This document shows positions 38,687-57,597 of a stretch of DNA of 64,000 nucleotides, piece by piece. Source of the DNA: Octopus vulgaris (lineage: Eukaryota); the NCBI GenBank assembly GCA_951406725.2, contig OX597820.1:79794001-79858000 (forward strand), read 5' to 3'. Within the stretch, counting starts at the first letter, position 1, and each line of letters begins with the position of its first letter. The notes under the pieces are model-generated. The model was not told the DNA's origin. It saw only the letters and a program-made list of their open reading frames with translations, and did no database searches. The translations under genes and the position numbers were made by a program.

Positions 38687-40210
38687 AGAAGAACTGCATA
38701 TAGTATAGAGAGATCACAAGGCGGTGAGATGGCAGAACTATTAGTTAAATTCTTTTATTTACATTTGTAATTTAATCAATGTTTAATGTCTTAGTATCTA
38801 TTGTATGACGTTTTTGCATCACTTCTGTTTAACTTGTCAATATGCCATCGCATGTTTTATAATTTATTGTTTTATAATAGACTTTGGTTCTATTAACATA
38901 TTATTATAGGAACAAAGGAAAGGGAAAAACTTTAGATGTTTAAAAGATCAAATTATCGTGAGACCCCATTACTACCTCACAAACGTAACGAAGAAAAAAA
39001 AAAAAAGGCGTAAGCAGTGACAGATGGAGGAGGGGGTAACAGGTTTTATACCCCAGAACAAATGGCATGTTGAGCCGCGCCTCGGATTGCAAAGATGCTG
39101 CCGCGGAGAATGGCCAGTGACATTCGCTACAACAGCCACCTCACCTCGCGGGGCTAATTTCTCCGATCCACCCACCACCCGCGATAGACTGGCGGTTGGA
39201 CGGGCGCGAAAGCTACGTTGTTATCCTCATTCCGTAAACGGTGGCTTTTAACGGGTGGAGAGCTGAACCATCCTGGGGTACCGAGGATTCGCAATCTAGA
39301 CTAGGGTCTGACAGTTTGCCACACCATAGTGGGTTACACCATGGTTCTTCTGCTTTGTAGCAGAAGAAAGAGTGAGAGAAAGTTGTGGTGAAAGAGTAAA
39401 GCCGGGTTCACCACCACCTCCTGCCGGAGCCTCGTGGAGCTTCAGGTGTACAGCTGCTGTTGTTGTTTATGTTGACGGTGTTTATTTTCATGTTTTTATT
39501 GTTGACAACTTTGCTGACGACGGTCTCGAAGGAATTGGTTTCATATAATGTTTATCTGAAGTAAGAATAAAATTGTAAAAAGCTCTTACCATTTGATACA
39601 TTTCCATGTCCAACCCATTTACCTTTCGGGTGGGAAAAAAAATGTTTTTGTCAGAAATTTTTGTATATTATATGTTGTAAATATTCATTTGTTAAACGAC
39701 ATGGCTTCTTTGTCATGGCGTTAACACCAACAATTTTGAACATATTTTCGAATATTTTGTAAACAAGAACATGAATTTAAAAAACCAATTTTACAAACAG
39801 AGAAAAATAACATATAAATAAATAAGAACAGACATTTATAGAGAAAAAATAACAATTTTGTCCACAAATTGCTGCCATCAAGTAAAGCAAACAACCTCGG
39901 ATTACTGTATTCAAAATGACCAGCCTCGAAAGTAACTGTGAGAAAATAAACGCGGTCCAATTGTTAACTGATAAACAATTTAGATGTTTTTTTGAGTATC
40001 TATCGTTTGTGCATACCTATAAAGTCGGATCCAATCAATTTTTTGACAATGCTGCTCACCCGACAGAATTTCTGAATACAAGACAATTGCCAGAAATAAA
40101 AGATTATTTAACAAGTATCAATGCAAAAATGTCTTTCACCTTACCTGACTATTTTATTGCAAAAAATGGACAAAAGTGACATATCTATGCCTATAATAAA
40201 TGTTCTGCCA

Positions 40211-40598
40211 AAGGCGGCGAGCTGGCAGAAACGTTAGTACGCCGGGCGAAATGCGTAGCCGTATTTCGTCTGCCGTTACGTTCTGAAGTTCAAATTCCGC
40301 TGAAGTCGACTTTTCCTTTCATCCTTTCGGGGTCGATAAATTAAGTACCAGTTACGCACTAGGGTCGATGCAATCGACTTAATCCCTTTGTCTGTCTTTG
40401 TTTGCCCTCTCTATTATATGTTGTGGGCAGTAAAGAAATAGGTATTTCATCTGTATTTACGTTCTGAGTTCAAATTCCGCCGAGGTCGACTTATCCTTTA
40501 GAGGTCTATAAATTATGTACCAGTTGCTTACTGAGGTCGATCTAACTAACTGGTTCCCTTCCCCAAAATTTCGGGCCTTGTGCCTATAGTAGAAAAGA
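40211..40598 (+). mobile_element. Full dimeric family-A SINE with TSD-like flanks
   Basis: Head plus two core modules; AATAAATGT on both sides. Similar copies at 43035-43406, 47689-48060 and 55860-56225. Confidence 0.85.
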
Positions 40599-40893
40599 AT
40601 AAATGTGCTCTCAAAGAAATATTTGAAGAAAGCTCTTGTCTATGGATGGAATATTACAGTTTTGTATTGGTCGAGTTTTGTATTGCTTTTTTTTTTTAAT
40701 ATCCTTTAACTGCTTTCAGTCATTAGACTACGGACATACTGGAGCACCACCTGGAATTTTGAGTCGAATGAATCGACTCCAGTGCTTACTATTTTTCAAG
40801 CCTGGTACTTAATTTATTGGCTACTTTTGCCGAACCGCTAAGTTACGAAGACGTAAAAATACCAAGATCAGTTATCAAGCGGTGGTGGAGAAT

Positions 40894-40992
<99 letters not shown>

Positions 40993-41228
40993 CATATGTA
41001 TATGTATATATATACACATATATATATTTTAAAATGACAAAAATAGAATATTTTAAAAAAATAATAATAATCTAACGTAGGCCATAGGTTGGGAGTTGTC
41101 AAAACAGGAAAAAACCCCCAGAAAAATTAAGTGACCAAATTGTGTAATACACAAATAACGAGCCTAACTCCATGAAGCTAACGACTTTAAAATGGTGAGT
41201 GAAGTAACAATTACCTAATTATTATTAC

Positions 41229-41300
<72 letters not shown>

Positions 41301-41949
41301 CGTGTGAGAGAGCAGCGCATGCCATCAAAATAATAAGAAGCCCAATATACCCATCATGACTACCCGTCTGATAAGGGTACACTAGGCACATGCATAACAA
41401 CCATATGTGCGCGACATGGGGATCTCATATCATGATAAACAGCACATTACCTTGCAGGTGGGACCTAGTTAAGTCCATACTTGTTGCGAAGGGCCCAATG
41501 AACTTGTCTTGCTATGTTATCCTTCCGACCGAAACTTTATTCCGAGATAGTGATGTACGTTGACCGGTAATATGCCGTACAGTTTCCCTATTCTATACAC
41601 AAATCTTGCACTTATCGCTTTTTGTTGCGTAGTTTACTTTTCTGTTTAATGTAATTAGTTATTGATGCTTGTTCTTGAGCAGCACAGTTTAAGGCCTCCA
41701 TTTCCAGTTTTAAATCACTTTTAGACATCCAAAACCACCATTTTCCTCTGTATCTCCTATTTTACGTTTCTTTATTTCTTTATTTTATAGATAAACATCT
41801 CTATGCGATTGTCCATGCATTCTTTTCCTTTATCCTCCTATTGGCAGTTTCATTCACCCACAAATGTTTGTACCGTGTTTTCTTTGCAGTCTTCAATTTT
41901 GCACAAAAATTTTCATTTTACTTCCAAGAATAGCAGTTCTGTGGCCATG

Positions 41950-42072
41950 TGTTTTCCTGCGCTGATGCTGTATTTGCACCAAATCAGTCCTCCTTGTCTT
42001 GGTTCATAAAGTCTGTCGTTGTCACTCCTTAGATGAAATACTCCATATCTAGTCAATAGCTTTCGTGTTTTT
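41950..42072 (-). pseudogene. R4/Dong-like RT thumb-region fragment
   Basis: KTRKLLTRYGVFHLRSDNDRLYEPRQGGL matches the RKTRKLLT..G.HP.SD.DRLY.PR..GG motif. Confidence 0.7.
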
Positions 42073-42080
42073 ATTATTAC

Positions 42081-42630
42081 TGAGAGAGCTGTGCATAACA
42101 TCAATTGACCCTGGGGTAAAATATACGAAGCTCAGTATACCCATCATGACTATCTGTGTGATAAGGGTACACCAGGCACATGCATCATAACCGCATGTGC
42201 GCGATATGGTCATCTCATATCAAGATTAACAGCGCATAACCTTAGAGGTGGGGCCGAGTTAGAATTTTCTTCAGGTCGAATAGCCCATCCCGTTCAAAAG
42301 GTCCCTAAATAAGGTTTGTTTAAGGATGATGAACAAAACACCCCTTTATTCCCAGAGGTGAATTATTCAAACCCCAAAATAATCCCTCTCAACACACGGC
42401 TATGATGCTCCCCACTTCTGCTCGTGATCAGAGATGCACATATCGTCAGCCACTAAGGGACATGCTCAAGTGGTTAAGGTCAAACAACTGACAAGCAAAT
42501 TTATGGTATTGAGCGGAATATTTGCTGTAACCCCCCCCCCAAGACAAAACAATGTACATGATAACACTTCCAGCCAGTTAAGATCAGAAGCCATGAGAAT
42601 CAGTGTCTGGTACTGCATCATAGTATTAAT
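42081..42630 (-). mobile_element. 560-bp (AAT)n retroposon, minus-strand copy
   Basis: Reverse complement of 23382-23943. A further fragment lies at 41302-41470(-), and plus copies at 45471-46030 and 49485-50044. Confidence 0.8.
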
Positions 42631-43910
42631 CATCATTATTATTATTATTATTGTAGTTGTTGTTGTTGTTGTTGTTATTCGTGGTGGTGGGTTTGGCTGC
42701 GGTTCTCTCATTATTGGTCTGTCTTGCACTAAGTAAGATGTGTTTATGTGTCGATTTTGTTTTAGTTTACATGTTGATTTTTTTTCTAACCGGTGAATTT
42801 ATTTCTGTGTCATGATAGAAAGGTGAGAAGTTTTTCACCTGTTTGTCTGTTTATTTGTTTTGGTCTTGATCAGCATGGGAATATATTTTTTATTCATAAA
42901 AATTCTATTCTTGTTTACATTTTCTCGAATCGGCTGCTAGATATAATGGTAACTCCCCCACCACAGGGAATATTGAAGATGGACGCGACTACAAAGAGAA
43001 CAAACAAGGAAAGGAAATTATGGGCAGTAAAATGAGTGGGCAGTAAAGAAATAGGCATTTCGTCTGCCGCTACGTTCTGAGTTGAAATTCCGCTAAGGTC
43101 GACTTTGCTTTTCATCCTTTCGGGGTCGATTAAATAAACACCAGTTACGCACTGGGATCGATGTAATCGACTTAATCCGTTTGTCTGTCCTTGTTTGTCC
43201 TCTCTATGTTTAGCCCCTTGTGGGTAGTAAAGAAATAGGTATTTCATCTGCCGTTACGTTCTGAGTTGAAATTCCGCCGAGGTCGACTTTGCCTTTCACC
43301 CTTTCGGGGTCGATAAATTAAGTACCAGTTGCATATTGGGGATCAATCTAATCGACTGACCCGCTTCCCCCAAAATTTCGGGCCTTGTACCTAGAGTAGA
43401 AAAGAATATAAGTAATTTTATATCACGAACTTCTCGGTATATTACGGATTTCTGCGACCGATAGGTATTTATGGTTTTAAAAATTTTAACTATTTCTTTG
43501 GTAGATTTTATATCCTTGTTAGGTTTTCCTTATCCTCCGCAGGACGTACAAGGATGTACATAGTTATATTAAGTCGAGCGGAAAAACAAATTGTTATAAT
43601 ATCTATATATTTTTATCAGTTGCTTGTTTCAGTCAGTCAACTGTGGCCATGCTGGGGCACAGCCTTAAATAGCTTAGTCGAACAAATCGACCCCAGTACA
43701 TACATTTTTTAACACCTGGTACTTAATTTACCGTCCCTTTTCGCTGAACCACTAAATTTGGGGAATAAAAAAAATACCGGTTGTCAAGCGGTCATCACCA
43801 CACAGGCCCCGCCACACACTTCTATATAATGAGTTTCTTTCAGTTTCTGACTACCAATTCCACACAAAAGGCTTTTGTCGGCTCGGGACACACTCTCTCT
43901 CTCTCTCTCT

Positions 43911-43994
<84 letters not shown>

Positions 43995-44284
43995 GTGAGT
44001 AGACAATCGAAAGAAGGACACTCAACTCATTTATTGGGAGTTATATATATATATAAGCTAGTCTTCGGCCGAAGACTAGTGACACGTTTGAAACTCAGAG
44101 TATCAAGGAGTTTGAATCACACTGTTTTGATACACACACACACATATGAACATAATATGTGACAATTAGTTGTTGTCAGCTCCGGCATCTTTTCAGTTAT
44201 TAAAATAATTATTTTACCTTCCCCTCGCCTATTAGAGTAATTTCCCTTTATTCAACGGTTTTTTTCATAGCATTTTTGTTTGTC

Positions 44285-44349
44285 TTAATAACTGATAAGA
44301 TGCCGGAGCAGACTTCAGCCACAGCATCCGAAACTCTGAGTTTAAATTA
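44285..44349 (+). ncRNA. Degenerate hammerhead in a fold-back insert (duplicated at 48939-49003)
   Basis: TTAATAA-CTGATAA-GATGC..GCATC C-GAAA-CTC T GAG-TT. An inverted partial copy lies at ~44152-44203, and a sister motif CCGAAGA..GAAACTCAGAGTA at ~44069-44102. Confidence 0.5.
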
Positions 44350-45291
44350 TGACAACCAACTAATTGTCACATTATATTTATAGATATTTACACAATATCG
44401 AGGTCTCATTTATTCTTTTGTTGTCATATTATTATTATTGATATATATATGCGCGCGCGCGCGTGTTTGTGTGTGTGTGTGTTTGTGTGTGTGCGTGTGT
44501 GTGTGTGAGTGTTAATTGCTAGCTAGGACATCGTATTCCCTTTGCAAGCATAATATGCTTCCAAGTATATTCAAAGTTTACAAATCAACACTGTGTGACT
44601 ATTTTTGTGTTAGCAGTGCGATATTCACTTTCTAAAGTTTATCTCTATAGATTTACCATCGGATTAACAGTCACCATAAAACGGCGTAAACTGCAGTGCT
44701 GGCTCTGAATTCTACCCCCTCCGAGTGGATCCTTGGTCTTCAGCTGATAGAATATGGACAAAAAAAAAGTTATTTTGGCCATCCTCAGTGCTGCATATGG
44801 CAGTGCGACTGTTGTTACTTTGAAACAATAACTTCTGTGCCCTACAATTGTTTTTACTGGTTCTGTTACCGGTACTGTCTACTGCTCTCTCTCCCCTTTC
44901 TCTGGACGGTGAGTGTGGGTGTTGTGCTTAATTGTATTGTGGAAATTGTTCAGAATTACATTTTAAACATTGAGATATTGTTTATTTCCTGTGCAATATG
45001 TCGGTCTTATCGTAAAAATAAATTCGTTGACTTTTTTTCTTTATACCTTTTCTGTTTCTTCTTCGATAGATTACATTGATTTTTCACTTTCTTAAGTAGG
45101 CGTTTCTTTTATTTGTTGAATGTAAACACGCACAGAACTATATAATCATGTCCAAAACACGTGAGACATTATGTCTCTCTCAATAAGGTGTTAGGGGCGG
45201 GTATGTAAAACATAATTCCACGAGGTTCTTTGTTTGAAAGTTAGGTAAAACATGCATAACTCAGACAGAGGTGAAGAATCATCCACTCAAG

Positions 45292-45324
<33 letters not shown>

Positions 45325-45341
45325 TAATAACAATAGTAATG

Positions 45342-45412
<71 letters not shown>

Positions 45413-45424
45413 CATAATAATAAT

Positions 45425-45465
<41 letters not shown>

Positions 45466-46027
45466 TAATAACAATTATGCCCTGGTGCAGTACTAGGCAG
45501 TGGCTCTCGTGGCTTCTGATCTTAACTGATTGGGAGTGTTATCATGTACATTGTTTTGTTTTGGTATAAAAGATGGGCTACAGCAAATATTCTGCTCAAT
45601 ACCACAGATTTGCTTGTCAATTGTTTGACCGTAACCAGTTGAACATGTCCCTTAGTGGCTGACGATATGTGCATCTCTGATCACGAGCAGAAGTAGTGGG
45701 GGAGCATCATAGCCGTGTGTTGAGAGGGATTCTTTGGGGTTTGAATATTTCACCCATGGAAACATGGGTGTTTCGTTCAACATACTTCAACAAACTTTAT
45801 TCAGGGACCTTTTGAGCGGGATGGGTTACTCGACCTGAAGAAAATTCTAACTGGGCCCCACCTGCAAGATCATGTGCTGTTTATCTTGATATGAGATCAC
45901 TAAGTCGTGCACATATGGTTGTGATGCATGTGCCTAGTGTACCCTTATCAGACGGGTAGTCATGATGGGTATACTGGGCTTTGTATATTTTACCCCAGTG
46001 TCACTTTGATGGCGTGCACTGCTCTCT

Positions 46028-46138
<111 letters not shown>

Positions 46139-46209
46139 TCAGAAGTTTGTTCTAAAAGTAAATTGATTATAAGATGAGTGTGATGTTAAAATGACAGTAA
46201 AAGGTGTTG

Positions 46210-46279
<70 letters not shown>

Positions 46280-46324
46280 TGCTTTTGACTTTTGCTTTAC
46301 ATTTGTACAAGTTGGCACAAACTT

Positions 46325-46902
46325 GAAGGCATCGTCGAAAATAGAAATGCAAAGACCCTATGGGATTTTATGATTCAGTGCGACCATGAGATAGAGAATA
46401 GGAAGCCGGACATAGTCTTAATTGAGAAAGAAAATAAAATATGTTGGATCATGGATATAACATGCCCAGCTGACAACAAGGTATGCGATAAGGAAGAAAG
46501 AAAAGTCGAGAGATATGACAGGTTAACTTGGGAAGTTAAGCAGTTGTGGTCGATGAAAAATTAGCAGTAGTACCAATAATTGTCGGGGCCCTGGGAACAG
46601 TGAGCAAAAATCTCGAGTAGTACGTGGAACAAATAGGGGCTGCAATAAGGGTGGAGCACTTGCAGAAAACAGTATTACTTGGAACCGCTCGAATACTCCG
46701 GAAGGTGCTTGAAAAATAAAAGGTGTTACCTTAGTTCACTGATATTGGACAGCTGACACCGTAGTACATCTCCAGCGTTAGAAGCTGTCCAAAGACAATG
46801 ATAACAATAAAAAAGTTTGGCAGAAATGTAAAAATAGAATACCTACAAAAATCGGCATTGCTTGGAACTGCAAGAATTCTTGGCAGGGTTCTTGAAGCAT
46901 GA
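46325..46902 (+). pseudogene. R4/Dong-like RLE endonuclease fragments from two subfamilies in tandem (duplicated at 50325-50902)
   Basis: LWDFMIQCDHEIENRKPDIVLIEK..IMDITCP..K..RY (PD-D motif), ending LLGTARILRKVLEK*; then LQKSALLGTARILGRVLEA*. Confidence 0.85.
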
Positions 46903-47190
46903 TCAGTAAACAAGCGTCACCTTAGTCTGCTGGTTGTGGGAAGTTGACATTTTCCATCATGCCCAACAAAATAAGCGTTTTCATAAAAAGAATACTGATA
47001 ATCACAACGGTAACAATTATATTTGAGATTATTTTTACAAGGCTCCACGCACTCACTATAAAAATGGGCCAATGTCGTAAAAGGTGTGGGAATGTATATT
47101 GAGAATCTAGTGAGACATCAATAATTTAACCAAAAACACATGAATGCTAAATAAAGATAACTAAATAGAAATGATAATATCCACGTGAGA

Positions 47191-51180
<3,990 letters not shown>

Positions 51181-52468
51181 ATATATTAATATTGATATAG
51201 AATAAAAAAACAATATGGTTACGAAGTGATGTCTAGATGTCGGCATCTTGAATGGAAGACGGTACTGACTGCAGTACTCAATGGCGTTCGGGTGAGTATT
51301 GCGATCGCGATCGGTTAACTCCAAAAAGCATCCATGCAAGGGGCATTACCAGTCACTTTTGTTACTCTTCCAGAACCTCGGGGGCGAATTTCGCCGACAC
51401 TCTTCGCATACACAAATCCTTCATCAAAATGGAATGCACTGAGTCTGTGCGCCATGAGCAGTTTCCTCGATTGTTACACGGCGGTCTTCTATTCGCCGCA
51501 CCTTCTCAATCGGCTCCTCGTCTCGGCCTGTGGATGGCTCGCATGAGCGTTCCTTGCTCTTCAGTGACGTGCAGCCATGTTTGAAGGCAGTTGTACCATT
51601 CCTTGAACTAAGTTTTGACCATGGGATCATCGTCAAAGGCCTTTTGAATCTTCTGGATGGTTTGAGCTTGAGTATTGCCAAGCTTTGGGCAAAACTTGAT
51701 ACAATAACTGCTCGATGCGTTCGGAAAACGAAAATCCAGCGAGCGCGCACTGCCCGTTTGTATTCCAGAAACAGCCGAGAACTGACGCGGCCTATCGGTG
51801 TGAAAATATTTACACATGCGCAGGAAAGATCACGTCACATCTCACCCAAAGGATTTTGCCCACGCAGCATTAGTTTTGGTGGGAAAAAATAAAGTCGGAT
51901 ACTTTTTGAACTCATGTCATGTAATGTTGATGTTAGAGAGGGTGAGAAGTCTCCTGGTCATTGTGGCATCTCAACGTTACAAAGGCATAGTCTACTCCCG
52001 TGAATTCCACTTTTATTCAGGTTTTTATATATACATGCACACATACATACATATACATACCTACACACTCACTCACACACATATACTTTTATTCAGGTTT
52101 TTATATATACATGCACACATACATACATATACATACCTACACACTCACTCACACACACACACACACACATAAATTAAATAATGAGGGTAGAAATTGATAT
52201 CAATTAATTAACATCAATTTAAACCAGGGGTCTAGCATATTAAAAAAATCCGGAGATTTAAAAATTATATTACAATTAATAAGAAGAATGACTACTAAAG
52301 TGGATTCCTACATGCTAAAGATAGACGTCAAATCGCCTTACCAGGAAGAGTGTGTTCTCAAGAATAAAACTCAGCAAGCGCCAGAATGTAAAAAATAAGC
52401 AAGATAAATGAAAATATACAATATATATATATATATATATATATTGTATATTTTCATTTGTCTTGCTT

Positions 52469-52531
<63 letters not shown>

Positions 52532-52555
52532 TGTATATTTTCATTTGTCTTGCTT

Positions 52556-52587
<32 letters not shown>

Positions 52588-52866
52588 TAAACACACATAT
52601 ATATATATATATATTGTATATTTTCATTTGTCTTGCTTATTTTTTACATTCTGGCGTTTGCTAAGTTTTTATTCTTGAGAACACACTCTTCCTGGTAAGG
52701 CGATTTGACGTCTATCTTTAGCATGTAGGAATCCACTTTAGTAGTCATTCTTCTTATTAATTGTAATATAATTTTTAAATCACCGGATTTTTTTAATATG
52801 CTAGACCCCTGGTTTAAATTGATGTTAATTAATTGATATCGATTTCTACCCTCATTATTTAATTTT

Positions 52867-52919
<53 letters not shown>

Positions 52920-53057
52920 GTATGTATATGTATGTATGTGTGCATGTATATATAAAAACCTGAATAAAAGTGGAATTCACGAGAGTAGACTATGCCTTTG
53001 TAACGTTGAGATGCCACAATGACCAGGAGAGCTTCTCACCCTCTCCAACATCAAAAT

Positions 53058-53650
53058 TACATGACATGAGTTCAAAAAGTATCCGACTTTATTTTTTCCC
53101 ACCAAAAATAATGCTGCGTGAGCAAAATCCTTTGGGTGAGATGTGACGTGATCTTTCCTGCGCATGTGTGAATATTTTCACACCGATAGGCCGCGTCAGT
53201 TCTTGGCTGTTTCTGGAATACAAACGGGCATGTGCGCGCTCGCTGGATTTTCGTTTTCTGAACGCATCGAGCAGTTATTGTATCAAGTTTTGCCCAAAGC
53301 TTGGCAATACTCAAACTCAAACCATCCAGAAGATTCAAAAGGCCTTTGACGACGATCCCATGGTCAAAACTTAGTTCAAGGAATGGTACAACTGCCTTCA
53401 AACATGGCTGCACGTCACTGAAGAGCAAGGAACGCTCATGCGAGCCATCCACAGGCCGAGACGAGGAGCCGATTGAGAAGGTGCGGCGAATAGAAGACCG
53501 CCGTGTAACAATCGAGGAAATTGCTCATGGCGCACAGACTCAGTGCATTCCATTTTGATGAAGGATTTGTGTATGCGAAGAGTGTCGGCGAAATTCGCCC
53601 CCGAGGTTCTGGAAGAGTAACAAAAGTGACTGGTAATGCCCCTTGCATGG
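53058..53650 (+). mobile_element. Mariner 5' fragment (mirror copy at ~51330-51923, minus strand)
   Basis: TIR TACATGACATGAGTTCAAAAAGTATCCGAC; ERIEQ..YCIKFCPKLGNTQTQTIQKIQKAF, EDRRVTIEEIA and MRRVSAKF. Confidence 0.85.
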
Positions 53651-53882
53651 ATGCTTTTTGGAGTTAACCGATCGCAATACTCACCCGAACGCCATTGAGT
53701 ACTGCAGTCAGTACCGTCTTCCATTCAAGATGCCGACATCTAGACATCACTTCGTAACCATATTGTTTTTTTATTCTATATCAATATTAATATATATATA
53801 TTATCATTTCTATTTAGTTATCTTTATTTAGCATTCATTTGTTTTTGGATAAATTTTTGATATATGTATATATTTATATCTA

Positions 53883-53995
<113 letters not shown>

Positions 53996-54274
53996 CTATA
54001 TATATATGTTGTGAACTGATCTTATTGCAATTATTGCACTTCTAGAAATGTTCTTTTAAAATCAACAAACAGGTGATAGTAATTTTGATTTATCTAAATT
54101 AATCAACATTTTTCTCATCTCACTTTAGCATACACACACACACACATACACACACATACACAAACACAGATATATATGCATGTATATGCATGTACATATA
54201 CGTACATACGTATTTGTATATATATATATATATACACGCAAACACGCAAGCATACATACGTACACACGTGTATA

Positions 54275-54337
<63 letters not shown>

Positions 54338-54600
54338 ATATTTATATAAGTATATATACATACATATATTCTTTTATTCTATTACTTGTTTCAGTCATTT
54401 GACTGTGACCATGCTGCAGAACCCCAGAACTTATTCTTTGTAAGCTTGGTACTTATTCTATCGGTCTCTTTTGCCGGACCGCTAAGTTATGGGGACGTAA
54501 ACACACCAACATCAGTTGTCAAGCGATGATGGGTGGTGGACAAACACAGACACAAAGACACACACACACACACACACACGCGCACATATACATATCAATA

Positions 54601-55715
54601 TCTATAAAGCTGAAATGCGAAAAAGTTGTTTGATTTCTTGGTTGATTGTCTCATTTTGGGATAGAACAGTTTAGATGGGGTCGGTTTGGTACCAAAATTT
54701 ACACTGGAGGTAAAATGGGGTGGGCAAGGGTGTGAGGAGGGTTGCAAGTCGCTCGAGCCTACCATTTGGTTGCTATGGTGAGAAATATGGGAAACATTGG
54801 GTTTTATGGTATAGACAGGTTCGCTGTTTGAATAATGGTGGCTCTTCGTGTTGCTGCGGGGGCTAGAGGCGGTTATGTTTAATCTAATCTATAAAATGAA
54901 GGCGAACGTTGATACAAATTGGAATTTTATGTAAAAAGGATTCTAAATGTGGCTGGAAGGGGATTAAAATTTACAGGAGGGGGTAACTTGAGGTGAGAAA
55001 TTAATTTGGAGAGGTTTTGGGGCGCTACAGTAGTTGCTTTGCTGTGAAAACAGGGATTTTATTGATTTTGTGGGGACACTTGGGGGTCTAGATTGGATAC
55101 CTTTTGCTCGATTTCAATCAAATTTTCAACATGGAAAAGTGGAAGCGGATTTGTAATTTAAGCGCGGAAAATGGGTTCGAAATTTTGAAAATCAAGGCAA
55201 GATTTTTGAAGTTGAAAAATTTTCTCATTTTTACGTATTTTTGCCTTTTATTTTTTATTGTTTACAGTTTTCCTTTTTTCTGAAAGAAATTTACAGCTGC
55301 ATGTAGCCTGTGTTTAGAGCTTTCATTTGCATGGTCAATCGTCGAAAAATTCCCCAAATAAGTACTAAATTTAACAAAGAAATCCTTTTTTTCCATTATT
55401 TTTAATCGCTCAAATAGTGGCACGTACAAAAGGCAAGTGTACTTTACGTTGTCACTGCCTGACATTTATAATTGATCTTTCAAAATATTTTCTTTCTCAA
55501 CTTAAGATCTTTCGTTTTTTATAAATGGGAGAGAGATAGATAGAGAACGATAGAGAGTAAGAGAAAGCGAGGGAGAGTCCGAGAGAAAGGAAGAGTAAGA
55601 GAGTGAGAAAGTGAGAGAGAAAGGAGAGAGAAACAAAGAGGAAGAATGTGGCGATAAGAAACACAAAGGAAGAGCCAGAAAGTAACAACCATACTAGCGG
55701 GTCACCTTAAGCTAG
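54601..55715 (+). mobile_element. Putative non-autonomous Helitron
   Basis: A|TCTATAAAGCTGAA 5' end; 3' ...GCGGGTCACCTTAAGCTAG|T; no TSD or ORF. Confidence 0.45.
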
Positions 55716-56622
55716 TATATATATATTGACATAGGACGGCCTTCTTTCAGTTTCTGTCTACCAAATGCACTCACAACGCTTTGATGGTCCCGAGGCTATA
55801 CTAGAAGACACATGCCCAAGGTGCCACGCAATGTGTTAAATCAATAAGGCACTAGAAGAAGGCGACGAGCTGGCAGAAATATTAGCACACCAGTCGTAAT
55901 GCTTAGCGGTATTTCGTCTGCCGTTACGTTCTGAGTTCAAATTCCGCCGAGGTCGACTTTGCCTTTCATCCTTTCGGGATCGATATAATCGACTTAATCC
56001 GTTTGTTTGTCCTTGTTTGTTCTCTCTGTGTTTAGCCCCTTGTGGGTAGTAAAGAAATTGGTATTTCGTCTGATGCTACGTTCTGAGTTGAAATTCCGCC
56101 GAGGTCGACTTTGCTTTTCATCCTTTCGGAGTCGATAAATTAAGTACCAGTTACGTAGTGGGGTTAATCTAATCATCTAGCCCCTCCCCCAACATTTCGG
56201 GCATTGTGCCTAGAGTAGAAAAGAATAAGACACTAGAAGAGAATGACTCTCCCCAGACACAATAAAATATGCTTCAACCCACGAATTCACATAAAGAATC
56301 TTGCAAACCAAGTACAAAACGAAATAAAATGTGCTATAACTTAATGCTTTATAACACATTTGACAGTGTGTGTTTCAGTGATGTAGACTTGAAACATTAA
56401 ATATTAAAACCAAATTGCGCCCATAAAAATATTGAAATGTTACTTTAGAAATATTTAATTCATTCTAATAGTTTGAATAAAAATTTCCTTGCAAAATTTT
56501 TAAAGTAGAATACGAAAGAGATATTCATTTCAGGTTGAATTCTTGCGTGTGATTATCGAATTTGGCTTGTTTGAATGATTTCCTTTTGCTTTTTTTTTGT
56601 AATCATTTAAATTATATTGCTT

Positions 56623-56716
<94 letters not shown>

Positions 56717-57226
56717 CAAAAGGTGAGAGCTAGAGAAGCTTAGTATAGAAAACACGTAGGAGTGCTCAGACGACTTGAACTTAAACTCTGAAGTCTTTAT
56801 CGAGAGAAGTCCACGGGATAAAGTGTGACTATAAGGGAGAAATCCAGGTGAGCTGATAATGGTGGTAATAGGGATACAGATAAACACGATTGGGTTTGAT
56901 AGTTATATAAATATACATATATACATATAAATACACATGGTACACATTATATTTAATTTGCTTTGCGAGAGCAACTGTTTTATCGAAGGTGTATCTTGTC
57001 ATGAATTGCTCGAAATACGGATTAGAAAAAACAGCAGATACTGATGAAGGGTCGTTCTTTGTGTTGCTTGTCTTGTTTTCCATTCTTGTTTTCTTTCGTT
57101 GCTTGCAAAAAAAATTTCTCATTCCATGTCCTCGTACTTCGTATTATTTGTTGTTTGTTTTGCGAAGTCCTGTGCCCACATATGCATACGTATATACATA
57201 TACATGTATGTATACGTACGTATATA

Positions 57227-57342
<116 letters not shown>

Positions 57343-57384
57343 TATATACATATATATATACATATATATATATACATATATATA

Positions 57385-57429
<45 letters not shown>

Positions 57430-57558
57430 ATATATATGCGTATAACTAAATATATTCAGAAGATAGACATATGTACAAGCGTATATATATATATATATAT
57501 ATATATAGAAACACCAGCGATAATAATTAATTTTATTTTATCGCATTTTGAATTTGTT

Positions 57559-57597
<39 letters not shown>

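Noticed and set aside
39916-40179. Helitron helicase-like HPTEFLN motif
   Set aside because: Single short motif with no other helicase motifs.
44697-44915. Candidate exon (CTGCAG|...GACG|GTGAGT) in the segment missing from duplication copy B
   Set aside because: No polypyrimidine tract at the acceptor and an unrecognisable peptide; RNA-seq would be needed.
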